This document shows, in pieces, positions 47,788 through 57,393 of a stretch of 64,000 nucleotides of DNA (its first letter is position 1; every line of letters starts with the position of its first letter). Position numbers and translations under genes: made by a program. The notes under the pieces were generated by a model that did no database searches, was not told the DNA's origin, and saw nothing but the letters and a program-made list of their open reading frames with translations. This DNA is from Prosthecobacter debontii (GTDB lineage: Bacteria; Verrucomicrobiota; Verrucomicrobiia; Verrucomicrobiales; Akkermansiaceae), in assembly GCA_945869855.1 (NCBI GenBank), contig CAMBQC010000001.1, forward strand, positions 4,849 through 68,848, given 5' to 3'.

Positions 47788-49419
47788 TTAGAAACTGGAA
47801 ACAGCGAAGCGTTTTTTGAGGCGGTTGCGGATGAGGATGGCGGTGAGGTTGAGGGTGACCACGACGAGGATGAGAAGCAGTGCGGTGGCATAGACGAAAG
47901 GTTTGGCGGCTTCGGCGTCAGGGGATTGGAAGCCGAGATCGTAGATGTGGAAGCCGAGGTGCATGAACTTGCGCTCGGCATGGATGAAGGGCGCGATGCC
48001 ATCGATGGGCAGGGTGGGTGCGAGTTTCACCACGCCGACGAGCATGAGCGGTGCTACCTCGCCCGCGCCACGCGCCATGGCAAGGATTACACCTGTTAGA
48101 ATCCCGGGAAGAGAGGCGGGGAGCACGATGCGCTGAATCGTCTGCCATTTCGAGGCACCGCAGGCAAGGGCCGCCTCTCGGACACCGCGCGGCACGGCGG
48201 AAAGTGCTTCTTCCGTCGCCACGATAACGACCGGCAACGTCAGCAGCGCAAGGGTCAGCGAGGCCCAGAGGATGCCTGGTGTGCCGAAGGTGGGCGTGGG
48301 GAGTTTCTCGGAGTAGAAAGTATCATCAATCCCCGCGCCGACGAAATACACGAAGAACGCGAGGCCGAAGACGCCGAAGACGATGGAGGGCACGCCGGCG
48401 AGGTTGTTCACACAGATGCGGACGATGCGGACCATGAGTCCCTGCTTGGCGTATTCACGCAGATAGACCGCGGCGATGACTCCGAAGGGTGTCACGAAAA
48501 GGCTCATCACCAGGGTCATCACCACCGTGCCGAAGATGGCGGGGAAAACACCGCCTTCGGTGTTGGCCTCGCGCGGATCCTCTTTTAGGAAATGCCATGC
48601 TCGGCGCAGCGCCTCGCCGAGACGTCCGAAAAATCCAGTGGTGTTGGGCGTGTAAACGCTGAGCAATTGGCCGGAGGGCAGCGATCGTTCGCGGCCATCG
48701 GCGATCTGGTAAATGATATAGGTGGCGGCCATGCCGTTGTTGAGGCCGTCAGCCTCGGCCTTGAGCTTGGCGAACTGCTTCTCCAGCTCCGCTTTGCGCG
48801 CGGCGGCATTTTCCGCAGGGATGCGTCCGGCTTTCAGATCGAAGCCGATCTCCTCGATCTCCGCACTGAGCTTGCCGATCTGCTTGCGCTCGATGTCCAG
48901 CGCCTTCGCCCGGATTTGTTCGTTCTCGGAAATGAGCGCGCCGAGTTTCCCCATGAAATCCGCGTCGGTGGCCGCCGTGCGGCCGTCCTTGGTCTCTATG
49001 GCGATCGCCTCGCCGATGGCCGGGCCGTAGGTGAGGCGCTCGAACAGCAGCAACTTTTCCGGCGCGCTGCGGCTGACGATGTCGCGGACATCCACGTAGA
49101 GGAAGGCCTCGCCGCTGACGTCCTTGTTGCCGCGGAAAATCTGGAGTTCCTCGACGAGCTTGCCCTCCGCGTCCTTGCGCCCCTGTGTCTGCGTGACGTA
49201 GCCGGCGATTATTTCCACCGTCTCACCGCGCTTGACCTCGAACAGCTCAATGCGCTTCGGCCAGAAGGAGGCCGCGCCTTTCACGAAGATCAGCAGGAAA
49301 AGCCCGAGCGCCATGGTGACGCCGATCGCCAGCCCGGCGGCGGTGAGCCAGACGAACGGCTCGCCCTTGCGCGACCTTCCGGTGGTCGAGAACCTCTCGT
49401 TTTCGGTTTCGGCGGGCAT
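47788..49419 (-). CDS. pstA: phosphate ABC transporter permease PstA (long periplasmic form)
   Basis: PREANTEGGVFPAIFGT, NLAGVPSIVFG, ARGAGEVAPL. Confidence 0.93.
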   Translation of the reverse strand: MPAETENERFSTTGRSRKGEPFVWLTAAGLAIGVTMALGLFLLIFVKGAASFWPKRIELFEVKRGETVEIIAGYVTQTQGRKDAEGKLVEELQIFRGNKDVSGEAFLYVDVRDIVSRSAPEKLLLFERLTYGPAIGEAIAIETKDGRTAATDADFMGKLGALISENEQIRAKALDIERKQIGKLSAEIEEIGFDLKAGRIPAENAAARKAELEKQFAKLKAEADGLNNGMAATYIIYQIADGRERSLPSGQLLSVYTPNTTGFFGRLGEALRRAWHFLKEDPREANTEGGVFPAIFGTVVMTLVMSLFVTPFGVIAAVYLREYAKQGLMVRIVRICVNNLAGVPSIVFGVFGLAFFVYFVGAGIDDTFYSEKLPTPTFGTPGILWASLTLALLTLPVVIVATEEALSAVPRGVREAALACGASKWQTIQRIVLPASLPGILTGVILAMARGAGEVAPLMLVGVVKLAPTLPIDGIAPFIHAERKFMHLGFHIYDLGFQSPDAEAAKPFVYATALLLILVVVTLNLTAILIRNRLKKRFAVSSF

Positions 49420-49422
49420 GGG

Positions 49423-51684
49423 TCAGACGAGCTTGTTTTTCTCCCGCAGGCGCTGGCGGAGGATTTCAGCGATGGTATTAAGCACGAAGGTCATCGCGAA
49501 AAGGACGATCGCGCCGAGGAAAAGGGTGCGGTAGTGGGTAGAGCCGTCGGGCGCCTCGGGCAGCTCCACGGCGAGGTTCGCGGAGAGCGTGCGCATCCCG
49601 GAGAAGAGGTTCCACTCGGTGATTGGCGTGTTGCCGGTGGCCATCACCATGATCATCGTTTCGCCCACGGCGCGGCCGAAGCCGATCATCAGTGCGGAGA
49701 AAATACCGGAGGAGGCGACGGGCAGCATGACCGTCCACACCACCTGCCAGCGGTTTGCGCCAAGCGCGGAGGCCGCGGCGGTGAGGTTTTTCGGGACGTT
49801 CGAGAGGGCGTCCTCGGCGATGGTGAAAATGACGGGGATCACCGCGAAGCCCATGATGAAACCGAGCACCAGCGAGTTGCGCTGCTGGAAGCTGGTGCCC
49901 GTCGCCTGCGGCCACCAGAGGCTGAAGTCCGCGATCCTTTTCCCGGTGCCCGGCTCGACATAGACGAAGAACATTTTCTCGACGAGCGGCCCGACCGACC
50001 ACCCGATCCATGCGGCGAGGGCGAGGAAAGGGATCACGATCATCCACTCGTTGCCGCCCTCGAAGCGGTTGCGGAAAGCGAGCGGCATACGGCACCAGAC
50101 ATAGCCGACGAGCAGAGCGGAAAACGGAATGAGGATGACGAGCATCATCACCGAAGGCACGCGGTCGGCGAGGATGGGCGCAAGCCAGAGTCCGGCCAGG
50201 AAACCGAGCACCACGGAGGGCAGGGAGGACATGATCTCCATGGTTGGCTTTACGATGCGTTTCACATCAGCTGGCAGGAAAGCGGCGGAGAAAACGGCGG
50301 CGAGCAGCGCGACCGGGATTGCAAAAAGCAGGGCGTAGGCGGTGCCCTTGAGCGAACCGAAGATCAGCGGCACAAGGGAGAGCTTGGCCTCGAAATCGTC
50401 CGAGCCGCCGGTGGACTGCCATTGGTAAACCGGCCCCGCGCCACCCTCATACCAGACTTTCCCGAAAAACGCCTGCACCCCCGCGTCCGGATGGTGATCC
50501 TTGATCTCGAACTTCCGCGCCTCGCCCGTCTCTGAGGCGATCCAGAACGACTCGCCCTTCGCGTCGAGGATCGCAGCGGCGGGGTCAATGTCCACTGTGC
50601 CCTCCCAGCGCACCACGCCCGAGGTGCTGTGGCGGATGGAAAGCCCGCGTCCCGCGCCGGTGAGGAAGGTGCGGTTGCGCTGGCTCTTGGCGAAGGTGAC
50701 GCGTCCATCGCCGACGTCGGGGAAATCCTTGGTCATGCCGAAGAGCCGTTCGGCGTCCTCGGTTTTGCGGAAAAGGCTCCACTGCTCCTGGGTGCCGTCC
50801 TCAGCGGTCAGGATCGCGGAAACTCCGCCGAAAAGGAAATCCATCTGTGCTAGGCCTTGCCCGCCGAAGGGCGTGAACTCCTGACGTTTCGTGACACCCT
50901 GCGTATCGGCGAGGAAATAGGAAACCTTACCCACCTTGTCCGCCACCAGCACCATCTGGCCGTTCTGCGACGCGCGGATCAAGGCGACCTCGCCGCTGAT
51001 TTGCGGTGTGATGTCCACCTCCGCGGTCACCGAGAGTTTTTTGCCGCCCACCAGGCCGCCTTTGAGCCCGAGGCGGATCACCTCGACTTTGCCCTCGGCG
51101 GTTTTCACCGCCATGATGCGCGTGGGGCCGGCATCGCCGTAGCTGATCGCCGTCACGGGGCCGCCCGCGTTTTTCAGCTCGAACCATGGTTCGGCGGTGA
51201 TGAACGGTTTCACGCCCTTAGGCTCGCCGTTTTCAAAAAGCCGCTCGTAGCCCACGATGAAAGAGCCCACCCGCCCGTCCTCCAAGCCCAGCGCGATACG
51301 GCGTTGCAGCGGATCGTAGGAACTCGCGGTGATTTCCTGCCCTTCCAAGCCCGGCACCTCCCGCTCACTCCGCGCTCCGGTTTCCCCGTCCACGAAGACT
51401 ACCTTGTTGCCACCGGAGTAGAAAAACGGCATTTCACCCCACTCATCTACGCCGAGAATCACCGGCGTAGTTCCTGAGGTCACGGAGGCGGCTTTCACCA
51501 CCGCACCCGGTTTGAACAGCGGGATCACTTCTTTCCCGATGAACCAGAAAATCCCGAACACCGCGATGATCACGCCGATCCCGCCGAAACGGATCGCCCA
51601 GCCCATGAAACGGTCGAACCATAGGGTCGCCTTGGAGACTTCAAACCGCCTCGGATCCGGGTTGTTGGCTGGCTCAGGGGGCAT
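49423..51684 (-). CDS. pstC: phosphate ABC transporter permease PstC with a large periplasmic beta-rich domain
   Basis: WQSTGGSDDFEAKLSL, KPTMEIMSSLPSVVLG, GRAVGETMI. Confidence 0.9.
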   Translation of the reverse strand: MPPEPANNPDPRRFEVSKATLWFDRFMGWAIRFGGIGVIIAVFGIFWFIGKEVIPLFKPGAVVKAASVTSGTTPVILGVDEWGEMPFFYSGGNKVVFVDGETGARSEREVPGLEGQEITASSYDPLQRRIALGLEDGRVGSFIVGYERLFENGEPKGVKPFITAEPWFELKNAGGPVTAISYGDAGPTRIMAVKTAEGKVEVIRLGLKGGLVGGKKLSVTAEVDITPQISGEVALIRASQNGQMVLVADKVGKVSYFLADTQGVTKRQEFTPFGGQGLAQMDFLFGGVSAILTAEDGTQEQWSLFRKTEDAERLFGMTKDFPDVGDGRVTFAKSQRNRTFLTGAGRGLSIRHSTSGVVRWEGTVDIDPAAAILDAKGESFWIASETGEARKFEIKDHHPDAGVQAFFGKVWYEGGAGPVYQWQSTGGSDDFEAKLSLVPLIFGSLKGTAYALLFAIPVALLAAVFSAAFLPADVKRIVKPTMEIMSSLPSVVLGFLAGLWLAPILADRVPSVMMLVILIPFSALLVGYVWCRMPLAFRNRFEGGNEWMIVIPFLALAAWIGWSVGPLVEKMFFVYVEPGTGKRIADFSLWWPQATGTSFQQRNSLVLGFIMGFAVIPVIFTIAEDALSNVPKNLTAAASALGANRWQVVWTVMLPVASSGIFSALMIGFGRAVGETMIMVMATGNTPITEWNLFSGMRTLSANLAVELPEAPDGSTHYRTLFLGAIVLFAMTFVLNTIAEILRQRLREKNKLV

Positions 51685-51776
51685 TGTTAGATCTGGATGG
51701 ATGGCCGGATTTCCGAATCGGCCTATCTTTCACGCGCATTTGTGAGCCAACTCTCGCCACGGGCAAAGCGCAGAAT

Positions 51777-51792
51777 GTGACAGAGCTGTCAC
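51777..51792 (-). promoter_or_regulatory. GTGAC-N6-GTCAC box upstream of pstC
   Basis: GTGACagagctGTCAC; the same motif occurs before pstS and the GT4 fusion. Confidence 0.6.
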
Positions 51793-51793
51793 G

Positions 51794-51830
51794 AAAGGGG
51801 GCAGAGCCTTCCGGCACGGCCCCCCCCGTT
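51794..51830 (-). terminator. stem-loop after pstS
   Basis: Minus strand reads GGGGGGGCCGTGCC-ggaa-GGCTCTGCCCCC-TTT. Confidence 0.55.
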
Positions 51831-51854
51831 ATCGAGTCCTTCCGGTCAGGAAAA

Positions 51855-52814
51855 TTATTTTGAGAGCCCCTCGACGATCTCGGCGGCGAGTTCGGCAGGC
51901 ATCGGGAAGTAATTGTCCTTTTCGACAATCATCTGGCCTTGCTTCGAGAGAACGAACTTGAGGAACTCAAGGGTGAGCTTGTCGAGAGGCTCGCCGGGCT
52001 TCTTGTTCACATAGACGATGAGGAAGCGCGCCAGCGGGTAATCTCCGGACAGGGCGTTCGCATAGGTAGCATCGAAAAAATCACCGCTTTCGCTGGAAAG
52101 CGGCAGGGCGCGGACACCGGAGGTCTTGTAGCCGATGCCCGAGTAGCCAAGGGCATAGATGTCGCCGCCGACGCCTTGCACTACGGCGGAAGAGCCAGGC
52201 TGCTCTTTTACCGAAGGCTTGAAATCGCCTTTGTAAAGCGCGTGCTCTTGAAAGAAGCCGTAGGTGCCGGAGGCGGAGTTGCGCCCAAACAGCGAGATCG
52301 CGCGGCCTTTCCATGCGTCGAGACCGAGCTGTCCCCACTCCGTGATGTCAGCGCCGCCTTTTTTGCGGGTGGAGGAGAAAATGGCGTCTACCTGCTCCAT
52401 TGACATGCCCTTGAGCGGGTTGTCTTTGTGAGCGAAGACCGCCAGCGCATCCACGGCGACGTTTACTTCCGTCGGCTTGTAGCCGAACTTTTTCTCGAAG
52501 AGGTCGATCTCCTCCGCCTTCATCGGGCGTGACATCGGGCCAAGCTGGGCGGTGCCCTCGATCAGGGCTGGCGGGGCGGTTGAGCTGCCCTTGCCCTCGA
52601 TCTGGACGTTCACGTTCGGGTAGGACTTCTTGAAACCTTCCGCCCACAGGGTCATCAGGTTGTTGAGGGTGTCGGAACCGATCGAGTTCAGGTTTCCGGA
52701 AACGCCGCTCACGGTCTCGTAGTTCGGGATCGCGGGATCGATGTGGGATTCCTCCGCAAGGGCGGGAAGTGCGACGAGCAGGACGCCGGCAAGGCTTAAG
52801 GCTTTTGTTTTCAT
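51855..52814 (-). CDS. pstS: phosphate ABC transporter substrate-binding protein
   Basis: Signal peptide; GSDT, GKGSSTA, MSR, RNSASGTY, YPLARFL. Confidence 0.94.
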   Translation of the reverse strand: MKTKALSLAGVLLVALPALAEESHIDPAIPNYETVSGVSGNLNSIGSDTLNNLMTLWAEGFKKSYPNVNVQIEGKGSSTAPPALIEGTAQLGPMSRPMKAEEIDLFEKKFGYKPTEVNVAVDALAVFAHKDNPLKGMSMEQVDAIFSSTRKKGGADITEWGQLGLDAWKGRAISLFGRNSASGTYGFFQEHALYKGDFKPSVKEQPGSSAVVQGVGGDIYALGYSGIGYKTSGVRALPLSSESGDFFDATYANALSGDYPLARFLIVYVNKKPGEPLDKLTLEFLKFVLSKQGQMIVEKDNYFPMPAELAAEIVEGLSK

Positions 52815-52888
52815 GGTGGTGGTGCTAGCAACCTTGTTTAAACGCGGCGAGCCACCTCCTCAAGCCCAGTCTGTGCAAAAGGAGTGAT

Positions 52889-52904
52889 GTGGCAAGGTCG
52901 TCAC
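52889..52904. promoter_or_regulatory. GTGGC-N6-GTCAC box between pstS and the porin
   Basis: GTGGCaaggtcGTCAC. On the minus strand it overlaps a TTGCCA-N16-CAGACT candidate promoter. Confidence 0.55.
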
Positions 52905-53013
52905 ATTTTCCCGAAATGGCCATGCACAGACTCGCCCGTTATTAAAGTCCGATCCAAGTCCCATTGCAAAGCGAGCTTGTGGGCAGCACGGGTATTGCCA
53001 AGAACTCCTGATA

Positions 53014-54297
53014 ATGGATACAACCGCCACGCCCATGGAAACCGCCACGAAATCGGCAATCGCCCTCGCGCTTTCTCTCAGCCTGCACGCCGTGGCGTTC
53101 GCGGGAAGCGAAACACCATCCGCCGCAAAGCCGGACTTCAATCCGGGTAATTGGTGTGAATGGCTCCAGGACAAACCAGGGCTTCTCTACAAAAGCTCTG
53201 AAAACCCTTTCATCCAGTCCTTCCAGATCGGCGGCAGGTTTCATTATCAGGCATACTACCTTGACGGCGAGGACGTGAACGGACGCGGTTTCAACGAGAC
53301 CTACGATGAATACCGCCGCGTTCGCGTGATCGTGAGTGCCGATTTCCTGCGATACATAAGCACCAAAGTCATCGTCAACTTGGTCAATGACGAGCGCAAC
53401 ATCAGCGGCGGCGGCGACCTCGAATGGGGCTATCACAGCTTCGATGAAGCACTGCTGAGCTTCGATATCAAGAAAGCCTTCGGCGCGGGTCCGCTCGACA
53501 GCCTCAAGCTCAATTACGGTCGCCACAAGTTCATCGTGGGCCAAGAAATCCGCACTTCCTCGACTAAATTACTCACCGTCGAGCGCTCCGCCATCTCCAA
53601 TAAGGCTCATGGCAGCTACCGACCCACCGGCCTGAGCCTAGATGGTGCCAGCGGTAAATGGATGTTCTCCGGAGCTCTCTACAGCTCCACCACCGACGGC
53701 ACGAACAACGAGGAATTGAGCGGTTGGCAGGACGACGTCGTCTATTACGCCAGCGCCGGTTATCAGGTCAGCGGCGAACTCAAGCTGGGCGTGGATTTGG
53801 TTTACAACCATGCCGACGCCATTTTCGAGGACTCAGTCATCGGCTACCGTTGGGGCACTTCCATCAACGCGGAATACAACTTAGAATCATGGGGCATTAT
53901 CGGCGATTTCATCTACGGAGATAACGGTGGCGCGGACATGACCGGCACCGCGAACCGCCGTGGCGACTTCTGGGGCGTCATGGTTATGCCCTACTACTGG
54001 ATCGTTGAGGACAAACTCCAGCTCGTCGGACAATACCAATACGGCGGTGCGGAACAGTCTGAGGGCGGTCGTATCAACATTCGCTACGGTCGTGCAGCCG
54101 GCACCGGAGCCGCACCGGATGCCGATGTCAACGGGGGCCGCGGAGATGAGCACCATTCTTTTTACACCGGCCTTAACTACTACCTCTGCGGACACAACGC
54201 CAAGATCCAGGCTGGCATTGAGTATCAAACGATGGACACCCCCATCGGTGATTTCGACACGCTGACCTACCTAATTGGATTCCGCACGTTCTTCTGA
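53014..54297 (+). CDS. OprO/OprP-like phosphate-selective porin
   Basis: Signal peptide; GRFHYQ, EYRRVR, G.HK...GQE..TSS..L.TVERS; alternating beta strands ending in F; divergent from pstS. True start may be 53035. Confidence 0.78.
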   Translation: MDTTATPMETATKSAIALALSLSLHAVAFAGSETPSAAKPDFNPGNWCEWLQDKPGLLYKSSENPFIQSFQIGGRFHYQAYYLDGEDVNGRGFNETYDEYRRVRVIVSADFLRYISTKVIVNLVNDERNISGGGDLEWGYHSFDEALLSFDIKKAFGAGPLDSLKLNYGRHKFIVGQEIRTSSTKLLTVERSAISNKAHGSYRPTGLSLDGASGKWMFSGALYSSTTDGTNNEELSGWQDDVVYYASAGYQVSGELKLGVDLVYNHADAIFEDSVIGYRWGTSINAEYNLESWGIIGDFIYGDNGGADMTGTANRRGDFWGVMVMPYYWIVEDKLQLVGQYQYGGAEQSEGGRINIRYGRAAGTGAAPDADVNGGRGDEHHSFYTGLNYYLCGHNAKIQAGIEYQTMDTPIGDFDTLTYLIGFRTFF

Positions 54298-54400
54298 TCC
54301 GGCGGTTTTGACGAAAGCGGTCGAGGCTCCAGAAATTGGATGTACCGATGGGCAATTGGGCACGGCACCAAAAGCAGGTTTGCAAAGCTTAGGAAATCGT

Positions 54401-54622
54401 GTGTATAGGGTGGCTGTGGAAGGGATCGAGGTCATCGAGACGGAATGGGGCAGCGAGCTTCACCAACGATTGGTGGCGGAGGAGCACGCCGCACGGGTGG
54501 CATGGCGGGACTCGCCGGAGGCATGGGAGCAGGCGAAGCGGATGCAGGAGGCCGAGCCGCTGAAGTGGGGGCGGGTGGTTTACCCGGTGAAGAGAAAGAA
54601 AACCCCGATTTACCAGTGGTGA
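54401..54622 (+). CDS. small hypothetical protein, translationally coupled to the NTase
   Basis: About 70 aa (GTG at 54401 or 54410). Its TGA overlaps the downstream GTG (GTGGTGA at 54616-54622). Confidence 0.5.
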   Translation: MYRVAVEGIEVIETEWGSELHQRLVAEEHAARVAWRDSPEAWEQAKRMQEAEPLKWGRVVYPVKRKKTPIYQW

Positions 54623-55296
54623 AGATCGTTTCGTTGGATGATTTTTCGCAAGTGGTGGCCGAGACAGCGAAGTCCGCTGTCGGGGAGTTCGTGCTGATCG
54701 GCGGACTGGCGGTGGGTGCGTGGGCGCAGTATTTCAACGTGCCGACGGGAGGTCCGGTTTTCAGCAAGGACATCGATCTGCGCGGCACACGTCTGGTGGC
54801 GCAGGCGATGGCGCAAGGCATGAAACTGCGGGGCGCAAAGATCAAGGGGCTGGTGGCCGCGAGGCGGAAGGAGCCTGCGGGTTTGGGAATGAATTTTGTG
54901 GTGCCGCTGGATCTGGCGGACGGGCGTTCGACGGTGATCGAAGTCCTCGAAGCCCTGCCATGGGTGGATGACGGGCCGGACCGGCCTTATGGTTTCGGTG
55001 TCGAGGTGGAGGGGATTCCTTTGCTGGATCCGCTTTCGCTGTTCATCGGCAAGCTGCATGCCTGGCATCACCGGAATGACCCGGAGAAAACCAGCAACGA
55101 CCGCCTGCACCTAGAGTTGCTGGGTGAGATCATTCCCCAATTTCTCACCGAGGCGGAGCGTCGCGGGGTCGATACCCGGGAGCGGCGCGAGGTGTTGCTG
55201 GGGTTTCTCGACTTGCACACGACCCCGTTGTCACCGGCAGCTCTCGCGGGTTTGCGGGAGGCGCTGCAGACGGGCGAAACGCCCAGTTCACGGTGA
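54616..55296 (+). CDS. Pol-beta superfamily nucleotidyltransferase (AbiEii/MenT-like motif)
   Basis: VLIGGLAVGAW...SKDIDL, later GKLHAW..R..EK..ND. Confidence 0.65.
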   Translation: MVKIVSLDDFSQVVAETAKSAVGEFVLIGGLAVGAWAQYFNVPTGGPVFSKDIDLRGTRLVAQAMAQGMKLRGAKIKGLVAARRKEPAGLGMNFVVPLDLADGRSTVIEVLEALPWVDDGPDRPYGFGVEVEGIPLLDPLSLFIGKLHAWHHRNDPEKTSNDRLHLELLGEIIPQFLTEAERRGVDTRERREVLLGFLDLHTTPLSPAALAGLREALQTGETPSSR

Positions 55297-55314
55297 GATA
55301 GAGAGTGGCTGAAA

Positions 55315-57318
55315 CTATTCGGCGAGGAGGATTTCGTGGTGCTCGATGGGATGCCTGCCGGTGGCAACGGGTTTCACCTCACGGTCGGCGGCCTTGGCGC
55401 GCTCGATACTTTGGAGGTGGCACTGCGCCATGAATTCCTCGAAATGGATCAGCTCCATGCGCCCGTCGTGGTGCTCGACAATGGCGGTCATGCTTTCGAC
55501 CCAGTCGCCGGAGTTGAGGTAATGGATCTCGCCGACGCGCTTGTCCTCAGGGGTGTGGATGTGACCGCAGATGATGCCGTCACAACCCTTGTGGACGGCG
55601 AGCCCTTGGAGCAGGGACTCGTATTTATCAATAAAGCTGACGGCGGATTTCACCTTGGCCTTCACGCGCTTACTGAGGGAAAAATACTCCTTCCCCTGCC
55701 ACGCGCGCCAGCGGTTGTACCAGCGGTTGATATGGAGGAGGGTGTCGTATCCGACCGCGCCGAGGGAGGCGAGCCACTTGTGGTTCGTGGAGACGCTGTC
55801 GAAGCCGTCGCCATGGACAACGAGGTAGCGGCCTCCGTTCGCGGCCTCATGGATATGCTCCTTGGTGAAACGGATTTTCCCGAAAGCGAGCGGCAGGAAC
55901 CGCTCTAAAATGTCGTCGTGGTTGCCACGCAGATAAACGATCTCGGTTTTCCCTTTCTCCGACATTTTTAAGATTTTCCGGATCACGCGGCTGTGGCGCG
56001 GCAGCCATTTCGAGCCGCGCTTGAGCGCCCAGCCGTCGATGATATCGCCGTTGAGGATGAGCTTTTCACAGCGGATTTGCTTGAGGAAATCGACGACCTC
56101 CGTGGCCTTGCTGTCGAGCGTGCCGAGGTGGATGTCGGAGAGGAAAACAGTGCGGTAGGAAACCTTCTGGCGTTTCCCGATGCGGGGCGGTTTGGAGTAG
56201 GGCTTGCGGCGGCTTTCCTGTGAATCGGTAATCGATTCGAGCCGCGCCTCGAACTCGGCGACGACCGCTGCCCAGCCCTGCGTCTCCGCCAATTCGCGGG
56301 CGGCGATCCGCATCCCATGACCCGCGCGTATCGCGAGCGCTGCATGGGCTTGCACGAGGAAAGCGGCGGCATCACCCTTGGGCGCTTTCAGGCCGTTGAC
56401 GCCGTGCTCTACGAAGCGCGCGGCGGCGGCGTAGTCATAACTGACCGTAGCTAAACCACTGGCCATGCCCTCGAGCACCACATTCCCGAAGGTCTCCGTC
56501 TCGCTGGGAAAAAGCAGGATGTCCGCGGAGGCGTAATGCCTCGCCAAGTCATCCCCCGTCCGAACGCCCGCGAAGTGAATCCATGGATGCTTCGCGGCGA
56601 GCTTTTCGCGGATCGGCCCGTCACCGACCACGACGCACTGCAGATCCGGCACAGCGGCGCGCATTGCGGAAAAGGCGATCATCGCGAGTTCAAGGTTTTT
56701 CTCCGCGGCCACGCGTCCCACCACCATCGCGACGGGAGCGGCGGATCTGGCGCCCCACTCGGCTCGCAGATTCTCACAGCGTTTTCTAGGATCGAACAGC
56801 GCGGTATCCACCCCGCGCCCGAGCAGATGGACGTTTGCGAAACCCTCGGCCGTGAGCCGCTCCACCAGCTCCGGCGAAGGGGCAAGCGTGCAGTCCGAGC
56901 GGCCGTGGAAACGCTTCAGATAGGCCATCGCCATCGGCTGCAGGCCGCCGAGGCTGTAGCGCTTCATATACTCGTGGAAGTTCGTATGAAAACCGGTTGC
57001 CACCGGGATGCCTAGCGCCTTGGCCGCTTTCACGGCAGATTTCCCCAGCGGGCTTTCTGTGGCGACGTAGATGACATCGGGACGCTTGCGCATCCAGCGC
57101 TTGCGCAGCTTGAACGGACCGGGCAGCCCTACGCGCACCTCCTTGTATCCCGGCAGTGGAATCGAGGCGGCGATGGTCTCACCGCGCTTGCCCTCGCCGG
57201 TGCGAATCACGTGGACGCGGTGCCCCCGGTTCCGCAATCCTTCGCTGAGCCGACCCAAGGTCATGGCCACCCCGTTTACATCCGGGGCGAAGGTATCTGT
57301 CACTATGTCGATTTTCAT
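55315..57318 (-). CDS. fusion of a GT4 glycosyltransferase (Agt-like) and a PlcP/LpxH-like metallophosphoesterase
   Basis: N-half: VTDTFAPDVNGV, GFHTNF, GRVAAEKN, ETFGNVVLEGMASG. C-half: FLSDIHLG, GDIIDGW, GNHD, HGD, ICGHIH, YLNSGDWVES. Confidence 0.9.
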   Translation of the reverse strand: MKIDIVTDTFAPDVNGVAMTLGRLSEGLRNRGHRVHVIRTGEGKRGETIAASIPLPGYKEVRVGLPGPFKLRKRWMRKRPDVIYVATESPLGKSAVKAAKALGIPVATGFHTNFHEYMKRYSLGGLQPMAMAYLKRFHGRSDCTLAPSPELVERLTAEGFANVHLLGRGVDTALFDPRKRCENLRAEWGARSAAPVAMVVGRVAAEKNLELAMIAFSAMRAAVPDLQCVVVGDGPIREKLAAKHPWIHFAGVRTGDDLARHYASADILLFPSETETFGNVVLEGMASGLATVSYDYAAAARFVEHGVNGLKAPKGDAAAFLVQAHAALAIRAGHGMRIAARELAETQGWAAVVAEFEARLESITDSQESRRKPYSKPPRIGKRQKVSYRTVFLSDIHLGTLDSKATEVVDFLKQIRCEKLILNGDIIDGWALKRGSKWLPRHSRVIRKILKMSEKGKTEIVYLRGNHDDILERFLPLAFGKIRFTKEHIHEAANGGRYLVVHGDGFDSVSTNHKWLASLGAVGYDTLLHINRWYNRWRAWQGKEYFSLSKRVKAKVKSAVSFIDKYESLLQGLAVHKGCDGIICGHIHTPEDKRVGEIHYLNSGDWVESMTAIVEHHDGRMELIHFEEFMAQCHLQSIERAKAADREVKPVATGRHPIEHHEILLAE

Positions 57319-57393
57319 GATAGTTAAGATAAGTTAACTTCTGCTTCCGCTGGCATAACACCCATTCAACACTGACTGCACAGCCCCGTAAAA

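Noticed and set aside
46081-51684. Tandem pstB genes and oversized PstA/PstC
   Set aside because: Both are known variants in other bacteria; not novel on their own.
51776-51793. CRP/FNR site
   Set aside because: Spacing is TGTGA-N8-TCAC rather than N6; treated as a separate motif.
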